Shown: positions 48,977-62,370, counted from the first letter of the stretch. The stretch: DNA of 64,000 nucleotides from Lepidodermella squamata (GCA_047495785.1 JBLDXI010000009.1:1488001-1552000), one strand, 5' to 3'. A program made the numbers and translations. The notes: generated by a model from the sequence alone, not told the origin.

Positions 48977-49219
48977 GCCAGTACAAAAATTCTAGCACAA
49001 GTTAAATCAACAAAATTTATTCAAATAATTTTGCACCGATATAACAGTGAGCTTAAATAAGCAGTTCGGGTATACTAGTAACCTCAACCGGGTTTGGGTG
49101 ACATTTTAAATAAAAATTTTCTTCCTCAACAAAATATAAGTTGCACATAATTAAGAGGCAGGATTCAAGTTTCATGGAATAAATCATGGTCAATGTTGGC
49201 CGAAATCTCATCAATTCTT

Positions 49220-50634
49220 TTATTTGCGATTAGCAGCAATTTCTTCGTCGATTGCTTCGCGCAGGCGACGGAAACCTTCGTCCATTTCGGCGGGGGTGGC
49301 CGATGAAAATGAAGCGCGGATGTACTGGCGATGAGCTTCACCCTTAATCTGGCCCGGCTCGGCGAAATCGGGATAGAACGCACTGCCAGGCACAAACATG
49401 ACCTTCTTCGCGGCAGCTCGCTCCATAATCAACGATTTCGTGTCTTTAATCGCCGGAATTCTCATCCATAGAAACATGCCACCGTCAGGCAGCGAGTACT
49501 CGGCAACGCCCTTCAAATGCTTCTCGGCCGCGGCAACCATCGCATCCATCTGGCCCTTGTAAAACGCCGCAACCTTTTTCGAATGCTCGATCACTTTGTC
49601 ATGCCCCCATTGCTCGAAAAGTTGAGCAATCAGCGCTTGAGCCATGTTGCTCGGGTGCATCTGCGTGGTCTGCATGTGCAGCATCAGGCGGTAGAGCAGT
49701 TCATTAGAGGCCGTAGCGAATCCGAGTCGAAGCCCAGCGCTGAGAAGTTTCGAAAACGAATCCATCCTAAGCACTCGGCCCTCCGTGTCAAGGCTCAAAT
49801 ACGACGGAATTTTCGTCGTCGTGTCAAATCGAACGAAATAGTACGGATCGTCTTCGATGATGTAAAAATCGAACTCGCAGGCCAACGCGTAAATTTGCTT
49901 CCGCCGCTCTGGCGTCGTTGAAGCACCCGTTGGGTTAGTAGCAGTTGCGCATGTATACAAAAATTTAGGCGCTGGCCAGCCATTTTTGCGGGCTTCTTCA
50001 ATTTTCGCGCGAATAACCTCCGGAACAAGACCGTGGCTGTCGACTTCGCAGCAAATAGCTTTGCAGTTATGCGGGCCCATCGACGCCAAAATTCCACTGT
50101 ATGCTGGGACTTCGACCAGGTAAGAATCGCCCTCGTTCAAAAACATATCGATAGACTTGGAAATTCCGTCCATCGAGCCTGATAACGGCAGGACGCCCCA
50201 TTTGCCCTCCTTCGACAAAATATTGTCAGGGGTCGAGTGCAACTTTTTCTGGAAAGCGGTTAGCTGTGATACTAGTAGCGGGTAACCGGTCGAGGGTCCG
50301 TATTGCAATACTTCATTCATAATTTCGGGTGTCATCTTTATTTCACTGCCATCCCTAAAGCACAGAATTATTTAGTTAGAAAGGCATTAAGATGAAGGAG
50401 TTTGCTTACTTGAGCTGAAATGTTGCGGATGCGAACGGGAAAAGGTTCGAGTTTGGCATGCCACCGGCAAAGCTCAAAATTGAGCCCTTGGGCTGTCCAG
50501 AAATGTACTGTACTGCAAATAGCCGGAAAATAGTTTACAACGTTGGGGAAAATAACCAACGACTTACTAATTTCACGGATAGCACTTGGCTTCCGAAGGG
50601 CGGAAATACGGCTGATCAGTTTGTCAAATGGCAT
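49220..50634 (-). CDS. AADAT: Kynurenine/alpha-aminoadipate aminotransferase, paralog b (more canonical)
   Basis: PSAIRE, SFAGGMPN..LFPF, LQYGPSTG, NPTG, IIEDDPYYF, DSFSK, GGMFLW, YIRASFS. Confidence 0.92.
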
Positions 50635-50691
50635 TTTGGAAGTAAAAATCTAAAATTATAAAATTTAATTCAGCTAAAGCTCTATTTTATT

Positions 50692-51357
50692 TTATAGGAA
50701 TTTCCATTTGGACATTTTCGATGATATAGTCGGGGACATTCTCAGCAGACATAACAAGTGAGCAAATGTAAATCCAAGCATACACCCGACCGCGCACGTG
50801 ATTGGCCACTGTTGCCACGGCCGGTCCCAGTCGAGTGGAATGAATGCGGAACCTCCGAGGCAACCCAGGAGTGGAAGGACGGAGCAAATCAGTAAATCCC
50901 ATTCAAACGGATTCATACGGGATCGCATTGCAAAAAGTACTTTTACCCAAACATTCCAGTCGCGTTGAGCAGCTGCGATGAACGGAAATACTGAACAAGT
51001 GGCTACGAGACAGGCTAGATGGAACGTTTCAGGGACCTTCGTTAAAAGAGGCGCTCCGAAGAGTACTAAAACGATATAGGTGCCAAGTAATGAAACTACA
51101 ATAGCGAGAGGAAGAGTTACAAGCGACCAAAGTTTATGCTTCGGAACTTTTGCGAAAACTATCAGGAAGAACCCGAAGCCATTTAAAAGACCAACAACGG
51201 TTGACAATAACTTCAAAGAAGTCAAGGTATTGCTAACTAGCGATATCGAACTTATTGGAGTAAACCAAAACGTGCCTAGCGATAAAAATAGGCCGATGAA
51301 AAAACAAGCTAAATGAAACTTGTGTAGGTGTCCTCGATTCGCGATTAGTTCGCCCAT
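50692..51357 (-). CDS. PIGF: GPI ethanolamine-phosphate transferase stabilising subunit PIG-F
   Basis: Multi-pass hydrophobic 221-aa ORF with VLFGAPL...ETF and FIPLDWDRPWQQWPITC signatures. Confidence 0.93.
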   Translation of the reverse strand: MGELIANRGHLHKFHLACFFIGLFLSLGTFWFTPISSISLVSNTLTSLKLLSTVVGLLNGFGFFLIVFAKVPKHKLWSLVTLPLAIVVSLLGTYIVLVLFGAPLLTKVPETFHLACLVATCSVFPFIAAAQRDWNVWVKVLFAMRSRMNPFEWDLLICSVLPLLGCLGGSAFIPLDWDRPWQQWPITCAVGCMLGFTFAHLLCLLRMSPTISSKMSKWKFL

Positions 51358-51377
51358 TTTATAGCGATTCTCTATGC

Positions 51378-51691
51378 TTAATCAGTCGAGAATTCAGCGT
51401 CAAAGCCACCGCTGCCGCCGTGCTGGTCCAACCGGTTGATGATGAGTGAGCTTGTGTCGATGAAACGCTCGACGCAGTTGGTGAGGCAAGTCTCGGTACG
51501 CGAGTCCAACTTTCCGGCCGGGCGGTCAACGCACTTGTCCCAACAGTGGTCGGTCAGATCCGAGACGATCGTTTGAAAGCGCTGGCGTTGAGTTTCCTGC
51601 TCAATGAATCGCTGAAAAGACACACGAATATCATAATCTGATTTGCATTTTCCAATAGGTATCCTACCTGCAGTTGAGGATCAGCAGACAT
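51378..51691 (-). CDS. TIMM8: Mitochondrial small Tim chaperone Tim8 (2 exons)
   Basis: MSADPQLQ|[13 protein letters not shown]; twin CX3C motifs CWDKC and CLTNC; VERFIDTS; intron 51612-51667. Confidence 0.93.
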
Positions 51692-51956
51692 CGAATCACA
51701 ATATTAACACTTTCTATTAGCAAAATTAGAGAAAATATTAAGATGGATTCGTCGAACATCGAAAGTAAGATTTCTCGTATCGTCCACTAATTTCGGTCTC
51801 GGAAAATAAACTAACTCTTCGTTCCTCAAACCAAATGAGCTATTGTGCTATGATTTTATTAAAAATGTAAATATTATCAAGATTAAACGAGAAAAATTGA
51901 GCAAAAACAAGAGGTAGCTTTTATATTTTCACCGAAATAAACATCGGGAGCCGTAA

Positions 51957-54900
51957 TCACTTTTTCGCAACGAGTTTTTGCAGCTTAGGCAATTCATCCT
52001 TCAGGAGATCGAGGGTTTGCTTTATATCGATCGTTTGGCCGGGTTCGATTCCGTACGTTTTCTTGAGACCCGCTCGATTCGAGGGTGTCACGCAATCGTA
52101 ATAAGGCTCTTTACGAAGGCATTTATCGATGTCAACTGACGAGAAGAAAGCGACGCAAGCTGGCAAGTCTTTAAAACCGAGTTTGTACGCGAACATTGCT
52201 CGGGTATACAAATTCGCAACGTGTAAGGCTAGTGCAGCTTTGTAGCGGTCCTCGCTTTTCACCAAATAACGAACTTCGTCGTGAATCGAAATCGAAAACC
52301 GACCTCGGACGCCGTAGCAATCGAAAAGCCAACGAGTGGCAACCAACATCAAGTGCAAATAATCGACGGCTGAGGATTGAACGACCCAATTTATGCGGCT
52401 TGTGATGAAATCGCCGTGAACATTAGCCGGTTCGAGGGCTCGGCTAATTCGACAGCCCAGAACAGGCGTCCTCGGCTCACTATTTCGAGCTATTTCTTCG
52501 AGTTTGTTGAACATAGCCGACTCAGAGCCACCGTGCCACAGTCGCTTTCGAACGTAAGCCTTCACCTGTTCATCCCAAACCGGCATGTAACGAATCACAC
52601 CCTTCGTCTGCGCGTACATCGTTTCGACTCGTTGTTTAGCCTCGGCTGGTGACAGTTTCGGGTTGAACTGTAGCAACAAACGCTCGGCAAATTGACGTCC
52701 GGCGCCGTAAATTCTGCCGTAATTGATGATTTTGGCTTGGTCTCTCGATATCAACAGCGTTGACGCCGTTTTCGAATGCATGTCTGTTCCATCGGTTTTG
52801 TTGCCCTGCAGTGTCATCCAGCCCAAAGCGGTGCAGCCGTGAATATGTCCGAAATACGCGTCTCCGATAACAGCAGCTATCCATAATTCTTGAGAGTCAA
52901 CATCCGCCCCGACGAAATTGTAGCCTTCCGGTGCGTGAACCATAGCTTTAAGCTCGGATCCTAATCGATCCGTCCTGGCGTTGCTAGCTGTCAGCCAAGT
53001 AGGCTCAACAGCTCGACGAGTGACTGTTCCGGCTGTCACAACTCTGGGTAGAATGAAACCACTTTTCTTTCCGCTAGGTTCATCATTGTTCGTCCAAACT
53101 ACCAATTGCTCGGATATTCGATCTCGATTGTTTTTCCTTAAAAAGCAATTATACATTACAAGCAAATTAAAAGCTTTGTTTTCCACTTACCAGTACGAGC
53201 AAACCTGACCCACCTCAACAATTTTGTTGCCATCCTCGCCGCAATTCGCTTTCAATGTGCCGTCTATGAATTTACCGAGAAAGGACTTGCTGAGAGGGTT
53301 TCCAACCCGATTATCAACGCCGTCCTTATGTGGGATTCGGTAGTACTTGAAACCTCTGATTTTAACATCGGGACAGTATACTCCTTCAGACGACCCTTTG
53401 TCGATTTCAAGCGGGATTATGGTTCTGGGTTTTGGCGGCTCATCATTCGATGAATCCACTGCTTTTGGCTCTTTTGGACCTTTGGCGTCCATAATCATTC
53501 GAGCGAGCTCGATTCTCTGAGTGCCCATTTCCTCAGCATCTTTTTTCTCCAAACCGTCCTCAACAGACGTCAATTTTACACCGCCGGCGGATCTCTTTAA
53601 AATTTTGGAAATTGTAAGCGCTGTATCAGTTGGAAAGTTCAAATAAGGCGAATCGTCAGGAATGAGTTGCCCCATCATCATTTCATCGGGAACTAGATAT
53701 CCCCAGCCGTGTTTTTCATCATAATGAACCAAATAGCTGTCCCAAGTAAGCCGCAACAGCTTGGGCACAAGTCTCATTTGCTGACTAATTAAAGTTGGAC
53801 CAAATTGCTCTATCGTAGGCGAATTTTGCTCAACCAGTTCAGTGTACCACTTCGGGTAACCAGGTAAATGCGGTCTCCGTTTCGGTAGCCGATCGACGGT
53901 TTCCATTAGCTCTTTCAATGTAGTTGGATTTTCCACAGCAGGCGTCTTCTTTGAGGTTTTGGCTTTGTTGAGCTTCAAGTCTTGGACAGTCCAATCCAAA
54001 TCCCAGAGCCAAGGGTCATTCCGGTATCGCTCACCGTTGAGAGCTGAAACTGCATCATTAGCCAGGCGTACGAATAATGCCTTAACTGAGGATTCCATGG
54101 CGTTGTAAATCAGGTCAGAATTTGCGATGTATTGAGACCAAGATTGATCAACAGGCAGAATTGTGCATCCCATTTCAAGCATTCCGGCTAAAGTTACAGG
54201 ATTAGGAAATCGTTCGCAAAACATCGGCCACAACCTGAAAATAGAATAAATTGAAAGCATGTACCAAATCGAACGCGACGAACTTTTTGTAAACATTGAA
54301 AGTTGCCACAACATCACGATAGCAGTAAGTCGCAAGCTGTTGAAAGTCATTCCTGACATCGCTAATAGTACCGGAGATGAAGACGTTCCGTTTCTCTTTT
54401 TCAATTGGGGCATCCTCTGGGCAATACAGCGCATGAACATCGCGAAGATTATTCAATGTACTTGAATCCATCCATTTGAAACGTTGCCCATTAAGCAAAT
54501 TCAAATCACCTTGTTCCTGTTGCCGCCGAGCAATAATTTCATCAGCTTTATTTCGATCCCGGAAAACCATCTCGCGAACTTCTTTACGAGTGCTGCCGGT
54601 TTTACGAGCATTGAATAAAACTCGTTGAAAACTAGTGAGTCCAGATACAGCCATGTGCAAAGACATGGTATCTAGGAACCTCAGTTTACCCTGATCCATT
54701 GAATACTGCTCGCGCACGAATGAGCGGTCGTAACTTACGTTGTGACCGATAGCCAACTGTGCAACAGAGGTGATGTCACCAAGAGGAATCAAATGATCGA
54801 CTCTTGGACAAGAAGCGGGTTTGGCATCTGTTGCTGCCGAAACAAGCCAGTCCGAGCACCAGAGATATACAGCTTCGGTTGTCATAGCGCAAGCAAGAAC

Positions 54901-55434
54901 AGGGAAGTTACTAATTGTCTCCACATCAAGAACCAGACCGCTTTCCAACGGATATGGAACTGGTTTTGCATCTTCGGATGCACGAAGTGGATAACGGACC
55001 CAGCCTGAAGTTAGCTGCCAGTTTTGTGGACTGGAAATTACTGAGCTTGAAGCGATCTTATTAAGTAGGTCAATGTAAGGGCTAGTTGAATCTAGAGCCA
55101 ACCTCCGGAAGTGCTCTTCGAGATTTGATTCCAGTAAGGGCGGTACAGCTGGCTGATTATTCTCAGACAGAACTGATTTAGCAACAGGAGCGCGACCCCA
55201 CAAATTATGATCCTTCAAGTGACCAGCCACTTTCTTCAAAATCTCCTTTTCAGGCTTAACTTCCGCATCACTTCTTTCACCAAACAGTGCGCTCCTCAAT
55301 GGCTCCGCAAGCATGCGTATGCCGACAGGATTGACTTCTTCCACCAAATTTCGCAGCTGGAAATGCCAGCAAGGATTGAGAAGAGACGGTTTCATGAGAA
55401 AATTGGCACATTTCCGGGTTAATTTGGATTGCAT
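51957..55434 (-). CDS. POLG: Mitochondrial DNA polymerase gamma catalytic subunit (3 exons)
   Basis: Exonuclease motifs [18 protein letters not shown]; polymerase motifs [35 protein letters not shown]; basic presequence-like N-terminus. Confidence 0.96.
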
Positions 55435-56629
55435 TGGAGTTAGAAGACTCAAAATGCCGCCAACCAAATGCGTTAACCGTTAACCTTATGCGTAAACACT
55501 ATCCATGTAACAAAGCTTTACAGCTATGTGAGAAGTAGTACAGTGGGCCGTAGGCCGTAGGCATGGAAAACTTTAGTCGCTACACTGCAGCGGTTTGCCG
55601 AGGGCCAAAAATCTTTAGGACAAGACTACCTACGACACGGGCACCACACCGGCGCGCCCAAATCCCGCGTTTGTTCATTTGAAAGTGCCACTATTTTTAG
55701 AATTAATACTAAATAATATTGTTAATTTAGCATTAATATTTTAATCCCAAGAGTTTTTGATGAGGTTAAGTAACAATTAGCATACAACTTTTCCGCATTG
55801 ATTTTATGAGAAAAATAGACATTTCTTTTTTCTCACGCCTCCCGACTCTCGACGACCACTCTTGCTTCTTGTCCTTAGCCAAAGGCAAAACAAGACGCAT
55901 TTCCATCCTCAGATTTTAGAGAAGTCATTATTGCGATGGATGGCGGAAATTTCTTTGACATCAATCTCGTTGCCCATCTTCGACTAACGGCGCCTTCTCG
56001 TTTCGGGCGCAACGAAGTCCATCTCGAATCAGGCGGTATTTTCTGTCTGCAGCCTTTACGCACTTACAAACCGCTTTTTGCTTGCTACTCTCTGCTATAC
56101 TTCAAGGGGGCCGTTCAATCGAAAGCAGCTCTGCAGCAGTAGAAACGCTCACGAGTTAGGATTGATTATGCTGCAAGCAGCAAGGGATTAGTTGCCAGCT
56201 CAATTTTTGTGTATTAAAATTTCTCAAGTGATAACTTCGCGATTTCTCAAAATCAGGAGTCCGCTTTGTTCGAACTATAGCTGGTCGCTTAAAATGGTTA
56301 TCTTAACGGAAATGAAGGCAATCTCATCGAGTTTTCCTGACAAAAAAGGAAATTGCTGACTTGTTGACCTTAGTTGGCCATTAAAGGACAGCAACAATAA
56401 CCTTGCCAACGCCATTTTTACGTTTGCTTTACAACTGCATACTGTTTGAATTTTTCTTTAGAATTTTACTGATTCTTCATTCATGAATTGCCATCAAAAA
56501 TAACAAATTATGCATCGAACGTGATTCACAGTGAAGGTCGAAATCAGACGGGCAATATCAACTAGGTATATACGAAAGTGTGCTGACGAGCGCGTTGGTT
56601 TGATTACGGATCGCTAAGACTTTCAGGAT

Positions 56630-57694
56630 TCAGATGACCGTATCAAGATATGATAGAGAATTGAGGATCTCAGCGCTCTGTTGGAATTTCAACATGAAAT
56701 GTCAATGGTTGATAGTGTACTGTATACTTACTGCCTTACAATACGCGACGAATTCGTCACATGTTACTTCGCCGTCGCCATTTCGATCCATTTTCTAAAG
56801 AGTGAAAAACGTCAAAATATTCCTTCGGACGAAATAACGTTCTCTTAACGTACAGTGAAGATATGATTACAATGGTCTTGAAAAGATTGGTCGGTGACAG
56901 AGGGTGATGTCCATTTACCGAGTATTTGATAAACACATCTGGTAATTGCCATCAAATCGTCCTTGGTGAGTTTCTGGAAAACAATGAATTTAGAGCTTTC
57001 AGAAAACTGCGGTGATCTTGGCGAAACCAACCCCATCTCGATTTGAATCATACAGATGGAATACCCAACACAGCTTTTCTTCGTCATCTCCTCGGAACAA
57101 AACACTCAATGTCCCAACGATCTCATCGAAAGTCACCAGGCCTATCTTTCGTCCGCTATCAAAGCTCAAAAACACCAACTCTGCATATCCGGCTGGATCT
57201 AAATGAAAATAGCAAATCGAGGTAAGTGGTGGTTAAATCCATATTAAAACCTCACCTCCTTGAGGAAAAAGAGTCTTGAAGATGGTTGTGAAAGTCTCCA
57301 TATCAACCATACCAGTCGGACAAAACTGCTTGATCCCTCGATATAGACGCTGAATCTCTTGGCGCGAAAATCGCGTCTCGCGAACCAATTGTTCCAAGCT
57401 ATGCGGTCGGTAACGGCGAGTTCCGAATGCCGATTCTGAAATTTTTACATAATGGCTGCCCTTTTTTACTGGTTCAGATAATTTTGATGGAACAATCATG
57501 TTACTCCTGGCTGAGAACATGTTTTCGGGTTATTGCAAATTACGCTCGGATAGAAAAGAATCGAAAAACGCAGGCTCAAAAAAATAAAGCATACCAGCAA
57601 ACGCAGCTTTGCGCTTGTTTTTCGACCCTGACGAGACCGCCGCCGATAGCCGCGACGTTAGCGGTCGTTTTATGGTACTTATCGAGCTTATCAT
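56630..57694 (-). CDS. KCNIP: Kv channel-interacting protein (KChIP/calsenilin, neuronal calcium sensor family), multi-exon; 5' end uncertain
   Basis: RYRPHSLEQL..TRFSRQEIQRLYRG.K..CPTG, FPQG|D, KLCWVFHLYDSNRDG, ILGKWTSP, KMDRNGDGEVTCDEF; final exon encodes SAEILNSLSYLDTVI. Confidence 0.88.
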
Positions 57695-60600
57695 CGAAAG
57701 CTTTCCGGTAGCTTTTACGACAAATTTCGCTCGGCTGAAAACAGCTCGCGGCTAATTCAATCGCCAATGTAGTCGCCACAAAAACGAAAAACTCAATTTG
57801 AACAAATTATATTAGGCTAAATTATCACCGAAATGCAATAAAAATGAATTTTTTAAAAGCGCGATAATGATAAATCTCATGAGTCAGAGGATAGAGTGCT
57901 AAAAGCCTGTGGCAATAAATATCGGTTAATGTCCCTAATAACGCATGCATCCTACTTGCTATTAATATATTCTAGAAAAAATGGACCTCTACTATAATGA
58001 CCGATGAATTTTCACAAACGTCTTGGGATAGCCAGCTCTCACCCCTCGGATCGTAGGTTTGTAAACAAGTAGGATACTGTTATAGCATACTTCCCGAGTA
58101 AACTATTTTTCACCGGCATTTACGCATCGGATAAGTTGATTACAGTGCCCTTGCCTTGAAGCTGTATGATCTTAGGATGATAGATGGCCACACCGTTCGA
58201 AAACATGAGCGGTGTTGTAATATTTATACTAAGAGCTCCAAGAAAGCTTGCGAAGGCATTACGAAAATAAAAATGTGAAAATAGCTTCTTAAAAAATCAC
58301 GCTATTCCGCTATTAGAAATACTACTCCTTATTGACCTGTGAGATCAGTTTCCTCTTTCGGCGAAAGAAAAGCCAATCGACTTCCGATTTTTCTCTATAA
58401 CCTTGCGGCAGGTTTTAAGGAACCCAAGCAAACCAAATATAAAGCCAAAATATGTATAATCGACAGGAAGCGGTATGATTGCAGAGGTGAAAAAGAAAAT
58501 GCATATTTATTCAGCCGCTCGGATCCCTCAATTTAGCAGTTATTTGTCTTGAAACTTTAATCTAGGCGAAAAAATGCGTTTTTTCGAAAATTCCCTCAAT
58601 ACATGTCAGCTGTAATTCAATCGTACCCCAGCTCGAATAGTGCTCTTTTCGCGATTCGTACGGGAAAAAATGTAACTAAATAGCATACCCTAGCTCTCAT
58701 CTCTGTGTAAACGCTATTGGTAAAATTTATTTGCGGCGACAAAAAAATAACCATCACTTGACATGCAAATAAGAGCGATAGCGCAAAACAGCCGTCATTA
58801 GACACGTTCCGCTATATAGATGGTGAATTCGTCATCCAGTTAGCATTAATTTCCCGATCAGACACAAGCATAGAAATTTGCTGCCGTTGTCATACATATT
58901 ATCAAACATGCGTATAGCTTGACCGCAATAATGGGGCCCATTATTATTCAAATAGCTATGCCTAGCTGAAAGCTGAGAATTGTCCACTTGAACTGGCATT
59001 GAAGCAGCTAGTGCTCAAGCTTACGATTTAAAAGTGGACAGGCCAATAATATCGGTACGTTCAAATATTTCGCGCTTATTTCATCGCAGCTAAATAATGA
59101 TTAACTCGGCACATGTTATCAACTGCTTCGCTAATAATTTATTCGATACTTGGACGATCAGGTAGTTTCCTCTGTTTGCTCCTTTTTATCTGCGCAGTGT
59201 GACGCAAAGCTAAGCCGACTTCGCGGTCATTACAGGTATCAAAAGGTATAATTCCAATTGCGCACAAACGTCTCGAGAGCAGTCTCGATTTCGATAGCAA
59301 GTAAACAGATGGCAAACATCTAAAATTGGTAGAAATAATACTAGTTCGGAAAAAATCAGACGGAAAGCCAGCCATTCTAAAAAGTGAGAGTGACCCGAAA
59401 ATTTATGTCCGGAAACTCTGGCGTAGTTCGCCAATGATATTTAAAGATCGCGTGCCGATTTGTTTAGGTGATGATAAAATAATTATTTCGATGTTTAGTG
59501 GGCAGCATACCTGCTCCATGGCCTGCCAGCTGTTCTTTGCCCTCTTTTCGCATCGAATAGATCTGTCAACACCAGGGGGTAAAAGAAAAAAAGTTGGATA
59601 TAATATGAGCATTTTCACGCGTTAACAATAGGTAAAAAGTGCAAAGAAAAGCACCTATATAGCCTAAAGCTGTTTTCAGTATCATAAGAAAAAAGTAGGA
59701 TGAAGTACCTGATTGAACAGCTCAATCGCTTGATTAAAAGCGGAGAAAGCCATTCTAGCTCAAGAGACGAAAAATTGGAATGGCGATCGAGCTCAGATCG
59801 ATTGTGATTCGCAATAAAGAAAGACCGCGTGTCCCTCGCTGTTTGTCGATCTTACAATTCAGCGTCCATCTCAGATGCCATCATTGAATATGAATAAAAT
59901 ACAATGCTAAATATATGAAAATAGTAATTATCGCAATCACTTTTCAAATACAACGCTGTTGTACCAATTATGTACATGAAGCAAACAGTTATCGGTGACA
60001 AGTTGGCGAACGATGAGGTTATTAATGAGCTTATTATGTAGCGGGAAAGTTGCTGATGCTTGATTTTACAACTATCGAGAATTATATATCAATGGTAATC
60101 AAAAAACTTGCTGATGATCTCGATATACAGGTTCCCAAGCATATTGGCTGAAGCAAAAAAAACACCCATTAGAGGCGCATGGATAACGTGAATAGTGTCG
60201 TGCAAAATGTCGCACCCGGCGTATATCTATCTATTGAGAGCTGATGAGCTATGATCATTCACTTACAAAAAAAACATGCTCTTGAAATATCCCATTAAAT
60301 GGAGTTTAGGAAGCGCAAACGGTTTTTGCTCTATACAAGGTCGGAATGTCGGCGATCGCTACTAAAAAATGCCCAACATTATATGTACGTATATGACCAA
60401 ATATAGGTGGAGAAATCTACTCTGGGTCACTTGAATGTATTTCATTGTAATTATGTCACGAACTTGAAACATTAGCTTGCAAATAGGAGGTTTTGGTAGG
60501 AAAAATATCGTCAAATTATTAGGTATTTATCTGTTAATTAAATCCAGTTCAATCATACTCTAAAATCTGGGATACTCCCGTATACTTATAACGTAAATAA

Positions 60601-61491
60601 AAGTAGGCATTGCACAACCCATCAGGCTCAATGAAAAAATTGGCGGCGATATTAAGCAGCTGTCAGGATAAGCATTCTTCCGTATCGATATATCAATAAA
60701 TATATTAACACAGCAAGGTGTTCGACTGGTATGAAAATTATTTCGTAACCGATGCCCCAAAGCGAAATGTTCTATAGCTGTTGTGATGCCTTTCAAATTC
60801 GCGAATACTATTATAGCGGCATTCTACGTACGAAGAAAAACTTCACAATGATCGTGATTAGCAAATAACTCAGACTTCTATACCTATATAGATGCGCCAA
60901 TATGTATCAGGTCAAGTATAGGTTAAATTTGTAGACAGAGCCTGCACCTAATTTAGTAGACTTATGCGTCGTGATTTTGAAAACCGAATAAAATTTATAA
61001 CTTCATATTGAGAAAAAGAAGCGCGTATCTATGAAATGAGGTGCAAAATGCATCGTGCCAATCAGAACGCGCTCTGCCACGCGCTCGCTCTGCATCATTT
61101 TTTTCGCTCGCCGCACAATGAAACAATCCCGCGTCCAGTGTTCTACTCTTTCGCTTCCCCTATGCGATTGAAAGAGAAGGACTGTGTATAAATCCACTTA
61201 ATGCATGCGAGACTTTTCCCGCGCGTGTATATTGAATATGACATCTTAAGGCGATTGCGGTGGCGACAAAATACATTTCGAGTTATCTATCTCTTTTTTA
61301 TTCATTTGAACAATCTCTGGAGCTTAAATCCAGCAGAGAATCGTCGTATGTGTCACTTGTTTCTTGTATAATTTATGACAAAAAATTGGGTTTGTATCAA
61401 ACAGCTATATATTCATGTCACATTAAAGAATGAAAAACGTTAATTTTATTTGTTTTTGTTTGCGAAAGACATCAATCGAAAATATTACAGG

Positions 61492-61511
61492 AATAATAAT
61501 AATAATAATAA
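61492..61511 (+). repeat. (AAT)n microsatellite
   Basis: (AAT)6AA. Confidence 0.8.
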
Positions 61512-61585
61512 CGAAATAAATAAAATAATGAGACCATGGAATGTAAAACCCCGAGATTAAAATGATGATAGCGGAATGCAATAAT

Positions 61586-62370
61586 TCAACATAAGTCCAA
61601 TCGCCCGCAGCTGCCAGTCAAGGGCAAATTTTCTTTATAGCGATCAACAAAAGGAGAAGAGGGCAAGCTAAACGCATTGCGGTCTGTCAGAAAGTCGGAA
61701 TCAATGGCAGCTGAGAATGAAACTGCACAAGGAACGGGCACGCACGAGTTTGCCCGTCGAAACACCATAAAAGCTGGAACCGATTGATCTGGAAACGCGG
61801 ACCAAGCGTTCACCGTAGACTCTCCCGGTTTCGTTAATTTTTGCTGAAACGGAGTGAATGAATCAGGTGACCCATTGCAGTGCGCTTTTGATATGTTCCG
61901 CTGCCTCGTTTTCCCATTAAGCACGATTTCGGGAGTAGGGATATGTATGCTGACATATAGCGGCGAGGAAATGCAAGAGCCGAATGAAGGTCTCTTTTCC
62001 AGAGAAACATAAGTTTTTCCTTCAGGTACTCGAAGCGCATCGAAACTGGTAACAGGAGCAGGAATACTAAGATGTTCGATTGTTGGTGCTCTAGAACTTT
62101 TCTCAGAGCTAAACATCCTACGAAACATTTCGTTTCGCCGACAGCTCCGATTGTTTGTAGGAGGAATCAGGGTTACGTATCTTCGGCGATGACTTCGAAA
62201 AAAAGAAGTCAAGAGTAGCGTAACTTTCACTTAATAACTTACCAAGCATATAACATTGCAAATACTGAGAAAATCAAAGTTATGAGGCCAAATGCTGTCA
62301 GGCCCATAACCACATTCTGGAGAAAGTCAGCCTTGGATCGGTAGAGCTCGATGCGTTCGTTGAGATCCAT
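61586..62370 (-). CDS. Uncharacterised single-pass membrane protein with an N-terminal TM helix and S/P-rich tail (2 exons)
   Basis: Exon 62370-62243 encodes MDLNERIELYRSKADFLQNVVMGLTAFGLITLIFSVFAMLYA; a 50-nt GTAAGT..GAAG intron (62242-62193) joins it in frame to CHRRRYV... of ORF 61586-62230. Confidence 0.65.

Noticed and set aside
55541-55670. GC-rich patch upstream of POLG (GGCCGTAGGCCGTAGGC) as a transposon end
   Set aside because: No matching inverted terminus or target-site duplication was found.
57800-61500. Short ORFs in the AT-rich region upstream of KChIP
   Set aside because: No recognisable motifs or consistent splice chain; treated as intronic or regulatory DNA.
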